A DNA stretch of 64,000 nucleotides, from NCBI GenBank assembly GCA_937949615.1, contig CALEDQ010000008.1, forward strand, positions 243,586 through 307,585, written 5' to 3'. The translations under genes were made by a program, and so were the position numbers. The DNA comes from an uncultured bacterium. GTDB taxonomy: Bacteria; Muiribacteriota; Ozemobacteria; Ozemobacterales; Ozemobacteraceae. Every line of letters begins with the position of its first letter. The stretch's first letter is position 1. The notes beneath the pieces were generated by a model. It did no database searches and was not told the origin of the DNA. It saw only the letters and a list, made by a program, of their open reading frames with translations. Shown here in pieces: positions 8,479-16,608 of this stretch.

Positions 8479-10971
8479 TCAGCACTGACCGGCAGCGAGA
8501 GATTTGAGCAGCGTGGCGGCGCCTTTGGCGGTTTCGAGAAGTTCGAGGGCGAGATCCTTTTCAGCAGAATCTGCACCGGTCAGCCCGGCCCAGAGGGCAG
8601 CAGGTTCCTGAATGCCGGTGATACGGCAACCGGCTGTGAACAGCATTTTTCGTGCTTCGACTCCTGGCTTTTCAGCCTGCAGTATTCGCCAGACTTCACT
8701 CAGCGCGGCCAAATCAAGGCAGTTGAGCAGACTCTGCATTATTTCGGCGGCGTGCGGGTCACAGCCATCGGCTTTCAACCAGGCGCTGAGCGCAGCAGAG
8801 TTCAGCGCCACACCGTGTGCACCAGCAACACAGGCCGTAATCTTTGCCGGGCAATCGCATTGATCGTGCATTGCAAGCAATTCGAGAAGGGCAATCGCCG
8901 GCAGCCCCGGCAAAAACTGCAGCAGCTTCAGTAACAGCTCGACAAAAATCCGGTCACGCCTGACGCTTGTCAACGAGCTCACTTCTTGCCTGAGACCACA
9001 GGCACCGGCCAGCTGTTCAACCCGGGTCATCAGATCGGCCTGCAGAGCGGCAAGTGCCACTTCAGCGCGAACCCGGTCTTCTGGAAACCGCCGGCCACAT
9101 TCTTCCAGCCAGCCGGCCAGCTCGATCGAGCGCCACTTTTCGCAGCTTTTCATCGCCGCGGCTCTTACTCTGGCCTCTTTATCGAACAACAGCTGCCTGA
9201 GAAGGTCTGAAAAACACCTGTGCGGCAGCTCGCCCAGAACTGCCGCGGCACTGGCCCGACAACCGGCTTCGTCTGATTTTGCCATGGCCAGAAGATCGGC
9301 AAGAGCCGGGCGCAGACTCTCTTCGTCTTCTGCCAGTCTGATCAAAGCAAGAACCGAATTTGCCCTGACGCGATTGTCTGAATGCGACAGCAGCTGCTGC
9401 AGCCACGGAATTGCCCGCCCGCCCGACAATCGATAAGCAGATTCGACCGCATCGGCAATGACTCTCGGAGCATGCCGGCCGGATAAAAAACCGTTCAAAT
9501 CGGCTTCGAGCGAGTGATGACCGTTGCGCCCGGCAATTCTTATCAGCATCGACAATTCTTCGTCAGAGTTCACTCTTTTCAGCATGCCAGCGATGATACC
9601 GGCAGCGAATTCCTGATTGCGCCGGCTCATTCTGCCAAAAAGATACGGCCAGGTCTTCACCGGCTGCCCCGCAACCCGTGCCATTTCGGCTTCATAATCG
9701 AGAACTTCGAAGCCCTCACCGCCCGCGAATCCGATGTCGCGCTCTCTGCCGGCAAGGTTGGCCTGCAGAGCCTTCTGGTAGTCATTAGCGGCCCGACGCG
9801 CCAGCAGCAGATAAAAGCTGCCGGCCCCCAGCAGCAGCCAATAAAAAACCGCATCATCAGCCAAGCCGGCGACAGTTTTCAGCAGCAGCCCGGTCAGAAT
9901 AACCGTCGATGCGAAAATGATACCGTCAGAAAAAAATCTGAACTGATTTCTCAGGGCCTTCTCATAGAGGTTCAGAAAAAGATTGACGAGATTCTGATCG
10001 AAAGTTCTGATACTGAGCAGCAGCATGAACTGAAAAGCCACCAGCCCCTCGAATCCTGGATAAACAAGCATGGTTGCCGCCCCGGCCATCAGAATCGCCG
10101 GCGTCAGAAACAGCAGAGCCGTCGGCCGGAAGCGCTTCAGAAGCCATGGCAGCAGCAGTGACTGAGAAAACAGAGAAATCAGGCGCAGCGAGCTTTCAAA
10201 GGCCCCCGAAAATGAAGCCAGGTCACGTTCATCGACGAATTTTCGACTCAGAGCCGATGCAAACAGATAAGACGAAGAATAGCGGCTGAATGCAAGAACC
10301 ACCATTGAACCGACAATCAGCAGGCTCAATGGATGCCCGGCGGCCAGGCTCAGCGTTTTTTGCCAGCTTACTGTGTGTGTTTCATTTTTCTCTGGCTCAT
10401 CACCCTCTTTTCGTGGCAGAAGGGCTACACATAATGGCAGAAGCAGAAAAATCACGGCACAGGCATAATGACAGGCCGCGTATGAAAACAGCGAAAATAA
10501 GGCCGGCATAAGATAACCAAGCACGATACCACCCGAAAACATTACCCCGGCAATCACCCCGACCCACTGCCGCATCTCGCGAACGGTCAGCAGACTGTTG
10601 GCCGTATTCCAGAAAATTATGCCAAAATAGACGTCATACAACGAAACTGCCACATATACAGCCATTAACTCGAGTTTTCCGAGAACCGCATACTGGCTTC
10701 CGGCAGCACTGATAAGCAGAGCAAAAATCGGCGCCACGATATAACTGGCTCTGAGGCTGGTCTTTTGCCACCTGCGACTGCCCACCATCACCAGACCTGC
10801 GATAAGCGAAAAAACCGAAAGCCAGATGTAGTATTCGGGCAGTGCCGCACGACCAGCGATTTTAAGAAATGATGAAAAGCTCAGCAGCACAGCGAAGGTC
10901 GCCCCGAGTTTGTAGACAAAACCACAGAGGCTCAACAGCAGAATGCGCTTGTCGACAAAACTGTCAGCCAT
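8479..10971 (-). CDS. Fusion protein: N-terminal multi-helix transporter-like domain (MFS or ATP/ADP-translocase-like) plus C-terminal HEAT / PBS-lyase repeat domain
   Basis: About 440 aa of hydrophobic helices, then a soluble region with repeated 'xRVRAxAxxAL' units ('NRVRANSVLALIRLAEDE', 'EARVRAAAMKSCEK', 'DRVRAEVALAAL'). The likely real start is the ATG of 'MADSFVDK', inside the sequence 'aATGGCTGAcag'. That ATG overlaps the TGA stop of the upstream gene by 8 nt. The track start at 11007 is a non-ATG codon. Confidence 0.7.
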   Translation of the reverse strand: MADSFVDKRILLLSLCGFVYKLGATFAVLLSFSSFLKIAGRAALPEYYIWLSVFSLIAGLVMVGSRRWQKTSLRASYIVAPIFALLISAAGSQYAVLGKLELMAVYVAVSLYDVYFGIIFWNTANSLLTVREMRQWVGVIAGVMFSGGIVLGYLMPALFSLFSYAACHYACAVIFLLLPLCVALLPRKEGDEPEKNETHTVSWQKTLSLAAGHPLSLLIVGSMVVLAFSRYSSSYLFASALSRKFVDERDLASFSGAFESSLRLISLFSQSLLLPWLLKRFRPTALLFLTPAILMAGAATMLVYPGFEGLVAFQFMLLLSIRTFDQNLVNLFLNLYEKALRNQFRFFSDGIIFASTVILTGLLLKTVAGLADDAVFYWLLLGAGSFYLLLARRAANDYQKALQANLAGRERDIGFAGGEGFEVLDYEAEMARVAGQPVKTWPYLFGRMSRRNQEFAAGIIAGMLKRVNSDEELSMLIRIAGRNGHHSLEADLNGFLSGRHAPRVIADAVESAYRLSGGRAIPWLQQLLSHSDNRVRANSVLALIRLAEDEESLRPALADLLAMAKSDEAGCRASAAAVLGELPHRCFSDLLRQLLFDKEARVRAAAMKSCEKWRSIELAGWLEECGRRFPEDRVRAEVALAALQADLMTRVEQLAGACGLRQEVSSLTSVRRDRIFVELLLKLLQFLPGLPAIALLELLAMHDQCDCPAKITACVAGAHGVALNSAALSAWLKADGCDPHAAEIMQSLLNCLDLAALSEVWRILQAEKPGVEARKMLFTAGCRITGIQEPAALWAGLTGADSAEKDLALELLETAKGAATLLKSLAAGQC

Positions 10972-12067
10972 TCCAGAGGTCCGTCCAGGTGCGGTTGAGC
11001 ATGGCATCCCTGCGAATCTTGTCGTTCAACTCATTGAAGGCCTCAAGTGCTTCGCCGGCTTCTCCAGAAGCCTGGTGCCCGATGCGGTCAACTGCCCGCC
11101 CCTGCCGCAACTGTTTGAGACCGGCAATCAGAAGCTGCAGAGGCCTGATAAAGACCGCGGCGGCCCTGAGCCCGAAAAAAACTGCGAGGGCCGCAATTAT
11201 CAGCAGATAAAAAACAACACGGTTGCGCAGATGATCCAATAGACCGGTAACCGATGTTTCAGGCATGCCGACGCAGACTTCAAGGCCAGCTTCCTGAACC
11301 AGATGCAGCGAGAAAAGATAGCCGGCGGTGCGCATCGATTCAGCCAGAAAATGATTTTCGGCATCGATGCAGGTCGGTGGTATTGTTCCGGTCTGCACCA
11401 GTACACGGCCCTGATGATCGAGTAAAGCAATGCAGGCATCGGGAGCCGGTTTCATCGCTTCCATGCTTTCGCCGAGTCGCGAGGTCTGATCGAGAACCAT
11501 GCCGCAGCTGAGAATACCTTGCAGCTGGCCGCCAGCCTGCACCGGCAAAATGAAAGAACTCATCAGTCTTCCGGAATCGGATTTGAAAAAACGCGAAAAA
11601 ACCAGACTGCCCTGATCGCGGGCTTTCAGCAGATCCTGATAAAGATTGGCAGTGGCCGGGTTTTCACCGTATTTCATAAAATTCTCGCCGGCATACTGGC
11701 TGAGATCTCGATTATCGGCATAAGCAACCGCCACCAGCGGCCCCGACGGCGAAAAATAGTAGATATTATTGAACATGCTCGATGAAAACAGAGCAGCCGC
11801 AAGAAATTTCTGAATCGCCTGTGAATCGCCTGAATGAAGAATTTCATTGGCTGCAAGCCTCTGCATCGCCTCTCTGGCATCACGGGCGCGCTGATTCAGA
11901 CCGGCCCCGATCGCCGCAGCCACATTGTCGATGGCTGTCGATGCCTGCGCCAGAATCACCCGGCGGCTCTCATGGTAACTGAGCCAGCCGGAAACCATTA
12001 TTGCCACAACGCTGATAGCGACGAACAGAAAGGCGGTCTGATAATAAAGACTGAATCTGAATTTCAT
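10964..12067 (-). CDS. Membrane sensor with periplasmic Cache-like domain, second transmembrane helix and cytoplasmic HAMP domain; no output domain
   Basis: TM1 'FLFVAISVVAIMVSGWL', a periplasmic domain of about 250 aa, TM2 'VVFYLLIIAALAVFFGL', then HAMP-like 'IRPLQLLIAGLKQLRQGRAVDRIGHQASGEAGEALEAFNELNDKI', ending 'WNG*'. Probable start is the ATG of 'MKFRFSLYY', preceded by 'AGGTGA'. The track start at 12112 is upstream of that. Confidence 0.7.
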   Translation of the reverse strand: MKFRFSLYYQTAFLFVAISVVAIMVSGWLSYHESRRVILAQASTAIDNVAAAIGAGLNQRARDAREAMQRLAANEILHSGDSQAIQKFLAAALFSSSMFNNIYYFSPSGPLVAVAYADNRDLSQYAGENFMKYGENPATANLYQDLLKARDQGSLVFSRFFKSDSGRLMSSFILPVQAGGQLQGILSCGMVLDQTSRLGESMEAMKPAPDACIALLDHQGRVLVQTGTIPPTCIDAENHFLAESMRTAGYLFSLHLVQEAGLEVCVGMPETSVTGLLDHLRNRVVFYLLIIAALAVFFGLRAAAVFIRPLQLLIAGLKQLRQGRAVDRIGHQASGEAGEALEAFNELNDKIRRDAMLNRTWTDLWNG

Positions 12068-12071
12068 CGGA

Positions 12072-13205
12072 TCACCTACTGAAGCGACTGCAGAGCATGC
12101 CTTTGATGCCAAGCTGCCGCTCGATTATCAATGCTTCGAAATCGAAACCGTAACAGCTTTTGCCGTGCCGGCTGCACTGGTCACAGTTCTTGAAATGACT
12201 GACAACCGTTTTGCGAAAATCATCGAGAACCTGGCTTCTGCTCCAGATATCGACGATATCATCCTCGGGCAGTCGCCCCAGGCAGAGTTCTGGGTTCAGA
12301 TAGCTCGCATAATGATGTGGCCAGACCCGCCCGTCGGCTGTGAGACAAAGGGCAGTAAACCCCGCCGGTACCGGAATTTCGACCGGCGCCGGCCGCCTCT
12401 GGCTGCCGATCGCAGAGCAGGCCACCGGGTATGCCGGGTATTGCCGCTGCAGTGCTTTAACCCTGACAGCAAGTTCTTCAAGGGCATTTTCGTCGAGCAG
12501 CAGATGCTGCATGTTTCTCGCCCTGCCGATCAGGCGAATGTGAAAGATATTCATACCGGCGCTGCAGGTGGTTGCCCAGGCGAAAATCTCTTCGAGGCGG
12601 GCAAGATTCTGGCGGTGCGCCAGCAGATTGATACGCACCGGCACCCGGTTGGCGGCGAAAAGCTGCAGAGAGCGATGCACCGAGGCGAAAGCACCCGCCC
12701 CACGCAGGGCATCATGAACATCGGGCGGGCCGTCGACGCTCACGGTCACCTGATCGCAGGCAAGCGCGGCAAGCTTCGCGACAAAAACGTCGGGGTCGTC
12801 ATATACCCCGTTGGTCTGCAGCGAGACCACAAGACCGAGCCCGCGGGCATATTCGAGGATCTGAAGCAGGTCTGAACGAAGCGAAGGTTCGCCACCGGTG
12901 AATCTGACGTTGATAACGCCTGCAGCGGCCAGCTGGCGCAATACCGCAAAAACGGTTTCTGACGGCAGCTCTGAGGGATCAGCAGTTCGACAGCTGGCAA
13001 AACACTGCTGGCAATGAAGATTGCATCGCCTTGTCAGCTCGTAATAAACAGCTACCGGCGACGATATTATATCTCTACGCCCGTTTATAACAGCAGAAAC
13101 TGGTTTTGCCCCAGATGGACAGGCGGCGGTTTCAGAAAAAACCGTAGAAAAATTCTGTGAATCAAATATGGCGCTGCCAAAAAATTCCGGTCTGAAAAAC
13201 TTCAT
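12072..13205 (-). CDS. Radical SAM protein with C-terminal SPASM/twitch auxiliary Fe-S domain
   Basis: Radical SAM triad 'CNLHCQQC'. C-terminal cysteine cluster 'CLGRLPED...CDQCSRHGKSCYG'. ATG at 13203-13205 lies 2 nt after the stop of the upstream B12-binding radical SAM gene. Confidence 0.85.
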   Translation of the reverse strand: MKFFRPEFFGSAIFDSQNFSTVFSETAACPSGAKPVSAVINGRRDIISSPVAVYYELTRRCNLHCQQCFASCRTADPSELPSETVFAVLRQLAAAGVINVRFTGGEPSLRSDLLQILEYARGLGLVVSLQTNGVYDDPDVFVAKLAALACDQVTVSVDGPPDVHDALRGAGAFASVHRSLQLFAANRVPVRINLLAHRQNLARLEEIFAWATTCSAGMNIFHIRLIGRARNMQHLLLDENALEELAVRVKALQRQYPAYPVACSAIGSQRRPAPVEIPVPAGFTALCLTADGRVWPHHYASYLNPELCLGRLPEDDIVDIWSRSQVLDDFRKTVVSHFKNCDQCSRHGKSCYGFDFEALIIERQLGIKGMLCSRFSR

Positions 13206-13207
13206 GT

Positions 13208-14566
13208 TCAGTTTTCTCCGGCAGCAGCGGTTTTCAAGGCCTCCGCACTGGTTTCACTCATATTTTCTACTGCCGAATAGGCCGCTCTGACGATTTTCAC
13301 CATCTGATCATGCTTGAAAAAGACATTCACATCAGATGCTGGCACACTCGAATACCGTGCCAGCTTTGCATCGGCAAGGCGTTCTTCTGACGGAACACTG
13401 ATCGCCTGATGAATCTGCGACTGCCACAGATCGGCGCCGAACTGCTGTGAAAGCTGGGTTCCGGCATAGAGAACCACCGGAAAAAAAGTGCAGTCGCTCA
13501 TGCCAAGGCGCTTCAGTTCGATGGCAAAATTAACGGTCGCTGCCATTTCTTCAGGGGTTTCATCAGGAAACCCGAGCATGAAGAAACCGCGCGAGTAAAT
13601 GTGGCGTTGCCCGAGAAAGCCCACAGTGCTGCGCACCCGGTCAAGGTCGAGAAACTTTTGCAGCGCCTTCTGGCGCTCGCGGCTTGCAGTTTCAACGCCC
13701 ATCGAAACGAAATTACAGCCGGTTCTGGCCAGGTCATCGGCAATTTCAGCGGTAATGTGATCGGCACGCCCGATGCAGCTGTAAGTTACATCGAGCTTTG
13801 CAATACCGGCGAAAAAATCGGCAAGCCAGCGGCGGTCACTGAAGAACGAATCATCGAGAAAACCGATATTGATGCGGCCATAGCGCCCGGCATGAAACGC
13901 AACTTCGCGCAGCACGCGATCGACCGAATAGCGCCTGACTTTGCCCGGCCAGAGTTTTGGCGAGGCACAGTAGGTGCAGCGGCAGGCGCAGCCACGCGAA
14001 GTCGTCATAAATACCGAGCGCGGCACTTTGAGCTGATCCTGCAGAGCAAAGTAATCTGGCATCGAAACGAGCTGATAATCAAGAAATGGCAGAATATCGA
14101 GATTGGCAATTTCATTGCCGTTAATTGTCACTGTTGCTTCTTCGGCCGGGCGATCTGATCTGATCAGGTCTTCAAGTGCCGTTTCGCCTTCGCCGACAAT
14201 CGCAAAATCAACAAGATGCGCATCGATTATCCGGCCCGGCATTGCCGTCAGCAGGGGACCGCCGCCAATTGTTCGAATTTCGGGCACTTCAACCTTGAGA
14301 GCCCGGCACAACTTTGCTGCGGTAGCCTCGGTGCCCTGATAGAAGGGAATCCCAACCCATTTCGGGGCGACAGCCCTTATTTCTGCAAGCGTTTGTGGCA
14401 GGTCGAGCTGCTGCTGTGAGGCGTCGAGAATTCTGGTGCCGATTCCCTTAGAGTTCAGCCATGAAGCAAGATAAATCAGGTTGACCGGTGGCTTCAGATC
14501 GACCATTGCGCGCGTATCCCAGCTCAGGGGGAACGAAACGAGTATGACTTCACTCTGACTGTTCAT
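13208..14566 (-). CDS. Cobalamin (B12)-binding radical SAM protein (class B)
   Basis: B12-binding-like N-terminus ('VILVSFPLSWDT...LIYLASWLNSKG'). Radical SAM triad 'CACRCTYC'. The track start at 14584 is TTG. An ATG ('MNSQSE') at about 14566 sits 6 nt after 'GAAAGG' and is the more likely start. Confidence 0.85.
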   Translation of the reverse strand: MNSQSEVILVSFPLSWDTRAMVDLKPPVNLIYLASWLNSKGIGTRILDASQQQLDLPQTLAEIRAVAPKWVGIPFYQGTEATAAKLCRALKVEVPEIRTIGGGPLLTAMPGRIIDAHLVDFAIVGEGETALEDLIRSDRPAEEATVTINGNEIANLDILPFLDYQLVSMPDYFALQDQLKVPRSVFMTTSRGCACRCTYCASPKLWPGKVRRYSVDRVLREVAFHAGRYGRINIGFLDDSFFSDRRWLADFFAGIAKLDVTYSCIGRADHITAEIADDLARTGCNFVSMGVETASRERQKALQKFLDLDRVRSTVGFLGQRHIYSRGFFMLGFPDETPEEMAATVNFAIELKRLGMSDCTFFPVVLYAGTQLSQQFGADLWQSQIHQAISVPSEERLADAKLARYSSVPASDVNVFFKHDQMVKIVRAAYSAVENMSETSAEALKTAAAGEN

Positions 14567-15581
14567 CAAAAACCTTTCTGACAAAAGACTCAGGCGAAAT
14601 TTCGCGGGCGGTGACCGCCAGCAGGCTGCCGGAACCCTCGATATGCCTCAGACCGGCGACCATGTCGGCACAGCTTAAGCCAATCTGTTCAAGTCCGGCA
14701 AGATTTACCGGAAGTCCAAGACGCACACACATGGCACGAAACTTTTTCAACAGGTCGTATGAGCCGGTTTGCCCGGCAAATGCCCAGACATTCATCAGTG
14801 ACCCGGCGGCAACCAGTTCGCCATGAAATGGCTTTAATGCGTCATTGTAGAGATGGCTTTCCATTATCGCATAATAGAGTTTGTGCTCGCCGCCGGCGCT
14901 CAGCTCGGTATTGCCGCGCTTGATCACCATCAGCGAGCTGGCATGCGAGTAGCGGGCAAGACGGCGCATGGCCATGCGGTTGAAGCCATTAAAGCGGTTC
15001 AATACCCAGTCGATGGCATTGAAATAGAAAGCGGCGAGTTCTTCAATTTCAGAGCGACTGAAACTGCCGCTTTGAAAGCTGTAATCGATGGCAGCACTGA
15101 TGCCGGCAAAAAAGTCACCGAAACCGGCGCGTGCCGCCCGCAGAACCGTAGGGTTAACTGCGGTTTCAAGAAATTCATCGAGAATAAAAACCGTTTCAGG
15201 GGCCCGGGTTTTGCTGGCTCTGAATTTTCCCTCGTATTTGAGCACGCTGCGGTCAACACTGATGCATGAAGTCGACAGAAATGTCGGAATCAGCAAAAGC
15301 GGCCGGTCGGCAACATGAGCGCAGGCCCTTGCCACATCGAGAGCGGCACAGCCCCCCACCCCGACGTATCTGACGGCCTTGCCGCTTACGGCAATTATGG
15401 CCTCGATGTTGCGGGCGCAGTTCGAGTCGATGACACGCAGCAGCGGCAGCTTCTGCAGTCTTTCCTGCTGTGAATCATCGGTGATGAAAAATGTCTGACC
15501 GTCGTCGAGTGCCGCAGTGAGTTCGAGCAGCGACGACGCCGTAAAAACCAGCTCAGGCCTTTTCCATAGCGAATTCTGCAT
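14550..15581 (-). CDS. DHQS/Fe-ADH-superfamily enzyme: sugar-phosphate cyclase, glycerol-1-phosphate-dehydrogenase-like or iron-containing alcohol dehydrogenase
   Basis: Nucleotide-binding motif 'YVGVGGCAALDVARACAH' followed by 'LLLIPTFLSTSCISVDRSV'. Compare the dehydroquinate synthase pattern 'GGGvvgD...vPTTLLSQVDSSVGGK'. I take the ATG at 15581 ('MQNSLWKRPELVFTAS') as the start. The 42-codon track extension to 15707 is Cys/Trp-rich and unconvincing. Confidence 0.65.
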   Translation of the reverse strand: MQNSLWKRPELVFTASSLLELTAALDDGQTFFITDDSQQERLQKLPLLRVIDSNCARNIEAIIAVSGKAVRYVGVGGCAALDVARACAHVADRPLLLIPTFLSTSCISVDRSVLKYEGKFRASKTRAPETVFILDEFLETAVNPTVLRAARAGFGDFFAGISAAIDYSFQSGSFSRSEIEELAAFYFNAIDWVLNRFNGFNRMAMRRLARYSHASSLMVIKRGNTELSAGGEHKLYYAIMESHLYNDALKPFHGELVAAGSLMNVWAFAGQTGSYDLLKKFRAMCVRLGLPVNLAGLEQIGLSCADMVAGLRHIEGSGSLLAVTAREISPESFVRKVFDEQSE

Positions 15582-15733
15582 TGAAAATCCCGACAACCGA
15601 ACTTGATGAGCCGCCACAATTATACCTGTACAACCGCAAAAACCTAAGCCCCATCTGCAGATTTTCAATGGCAATCTTTGCAACAGTTTCTCGAAATTAT
15701 CGAACAACCTGCTTATGCCATAAAAACTCAGTT

Positions 15734-16468
15734 TTATCTGGTCGAATTTGCGGCAAGCACGCCGGCAAGCGCGTCGGCAACGTCGCCGGAGTAAACGCCG
15801 CCGTGGTAATTGATAATCTCGCTGATTTTGAGGCTTTGCATTTTTCGAATCGATGCGAGGGCAGCGTTCATATCGAGCGTGAACTGCGGGTTCGGCAATA
15901 TCATCCGGCCGTCCTCGACAGCAGTGGCATCACCGGCAACAAAGATTCCACGATCTTCGACGTAGAGTGAAATGTGCCCCGGGGTGTGGCCGGGCGTCGC
16001 AATGACTCTGACACTCTCGCTGAGACGCTCGCCGTCATCAACCAGCCGGTCGACCGGGCAGATGTCGATGGTCTTCAGATAAGCGGCAAAACGTTCACCA
16101 AAATCCCGCTCACTGCCAACAAGCGTCTTATTGTGTTCTTCAGCCTGCTGCAGTCGCAGCGAAACCTTTTTACCGGCAATATAATCTGCTTCTGAACGGC
16201 CGGCAACGATTCTGACCGCCGGGTGCATCATTTTCAGAGCCAGCAGAGAACCGACATGATCATGGTCGTGGTGCGAAACGACAATCATGGTCAGGTCTTT
16301 AACCGCCAGGCCATGTCTGGCCAGTTCCCTGGCAATATCCTCGGCCTGCCCCGGGTAACCGGCATCAAAAAGAATCCGCTCGTCATTGTCGATGAACAGA
16401 ACCGGGTTAACTTCTGACTTAAAGGCCCCAAAATCCTTAACAAGACGCAAAATATGATGTATAAACAT
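15734..16468 (-). CDS. MBL-fold metallo-hydrolase
   Basis: 'MIVVSHHDHDHVGS' (HxHxDH zinc motif) and 'ATPGHTPGH'. First gene of the minus-strand operon. ATG confirmed in the text. Confidence 0.85.
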   Translation of the reverse strand: MFIHHILRLVKDFGAFKSEVNPVLFIDNDERILFDAGYPGQAEDIARELARHGLAVKDLTMIVVSHHDHDHVGSLLALKMMHPAVRIVAGRSEADYIAGKKVSLRLQQAEEHNKTLVGSERDFGERFAAYLKTIDICPVDRLVDDGERLSESVRVIATPGHTPGHISLYVEDRGIFVAGDATAVEDGRMILPNPQFTLDMNAALASIRKMQSLKISEIINYHGGVYSGDVADALAGVLAANSTR

Positions 16469-16608
16469 GCCAATTTCCTTTCTTTGTCATGATTTTCTCA
16501 CAAACTGCTGTTACGACAAAGATAAAGATGATAAACAATTTGCCTGGTGGCATTTAACAGAATCAGGGTAAAATACCACGATAAAATCTTCACCCCGATA
16601 AGCTGAGT

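Noticed and set aside
12165-14158. Plus-strand ORFs 12165..12875 (236 aa) and 13601..14158 (185 aa)
   Set aside because: Antisense to the two radical SAM genes, whose Cys motifs and domain order are clear. No motifs in the antisense products.
6157-16468. Reading the radical SAM/SPASM operon as a RiPP cluster
   Set aside because: No small precursor-peptide ORF, leader peptidase or RiPP recognition element (RRE) could be identified next to the radical SAM genes. The co-encoded DHQS-like and MBL enzymes point to a small-molecule or lipid substrate instead. I keep RiPP only as a low-probability alternative.
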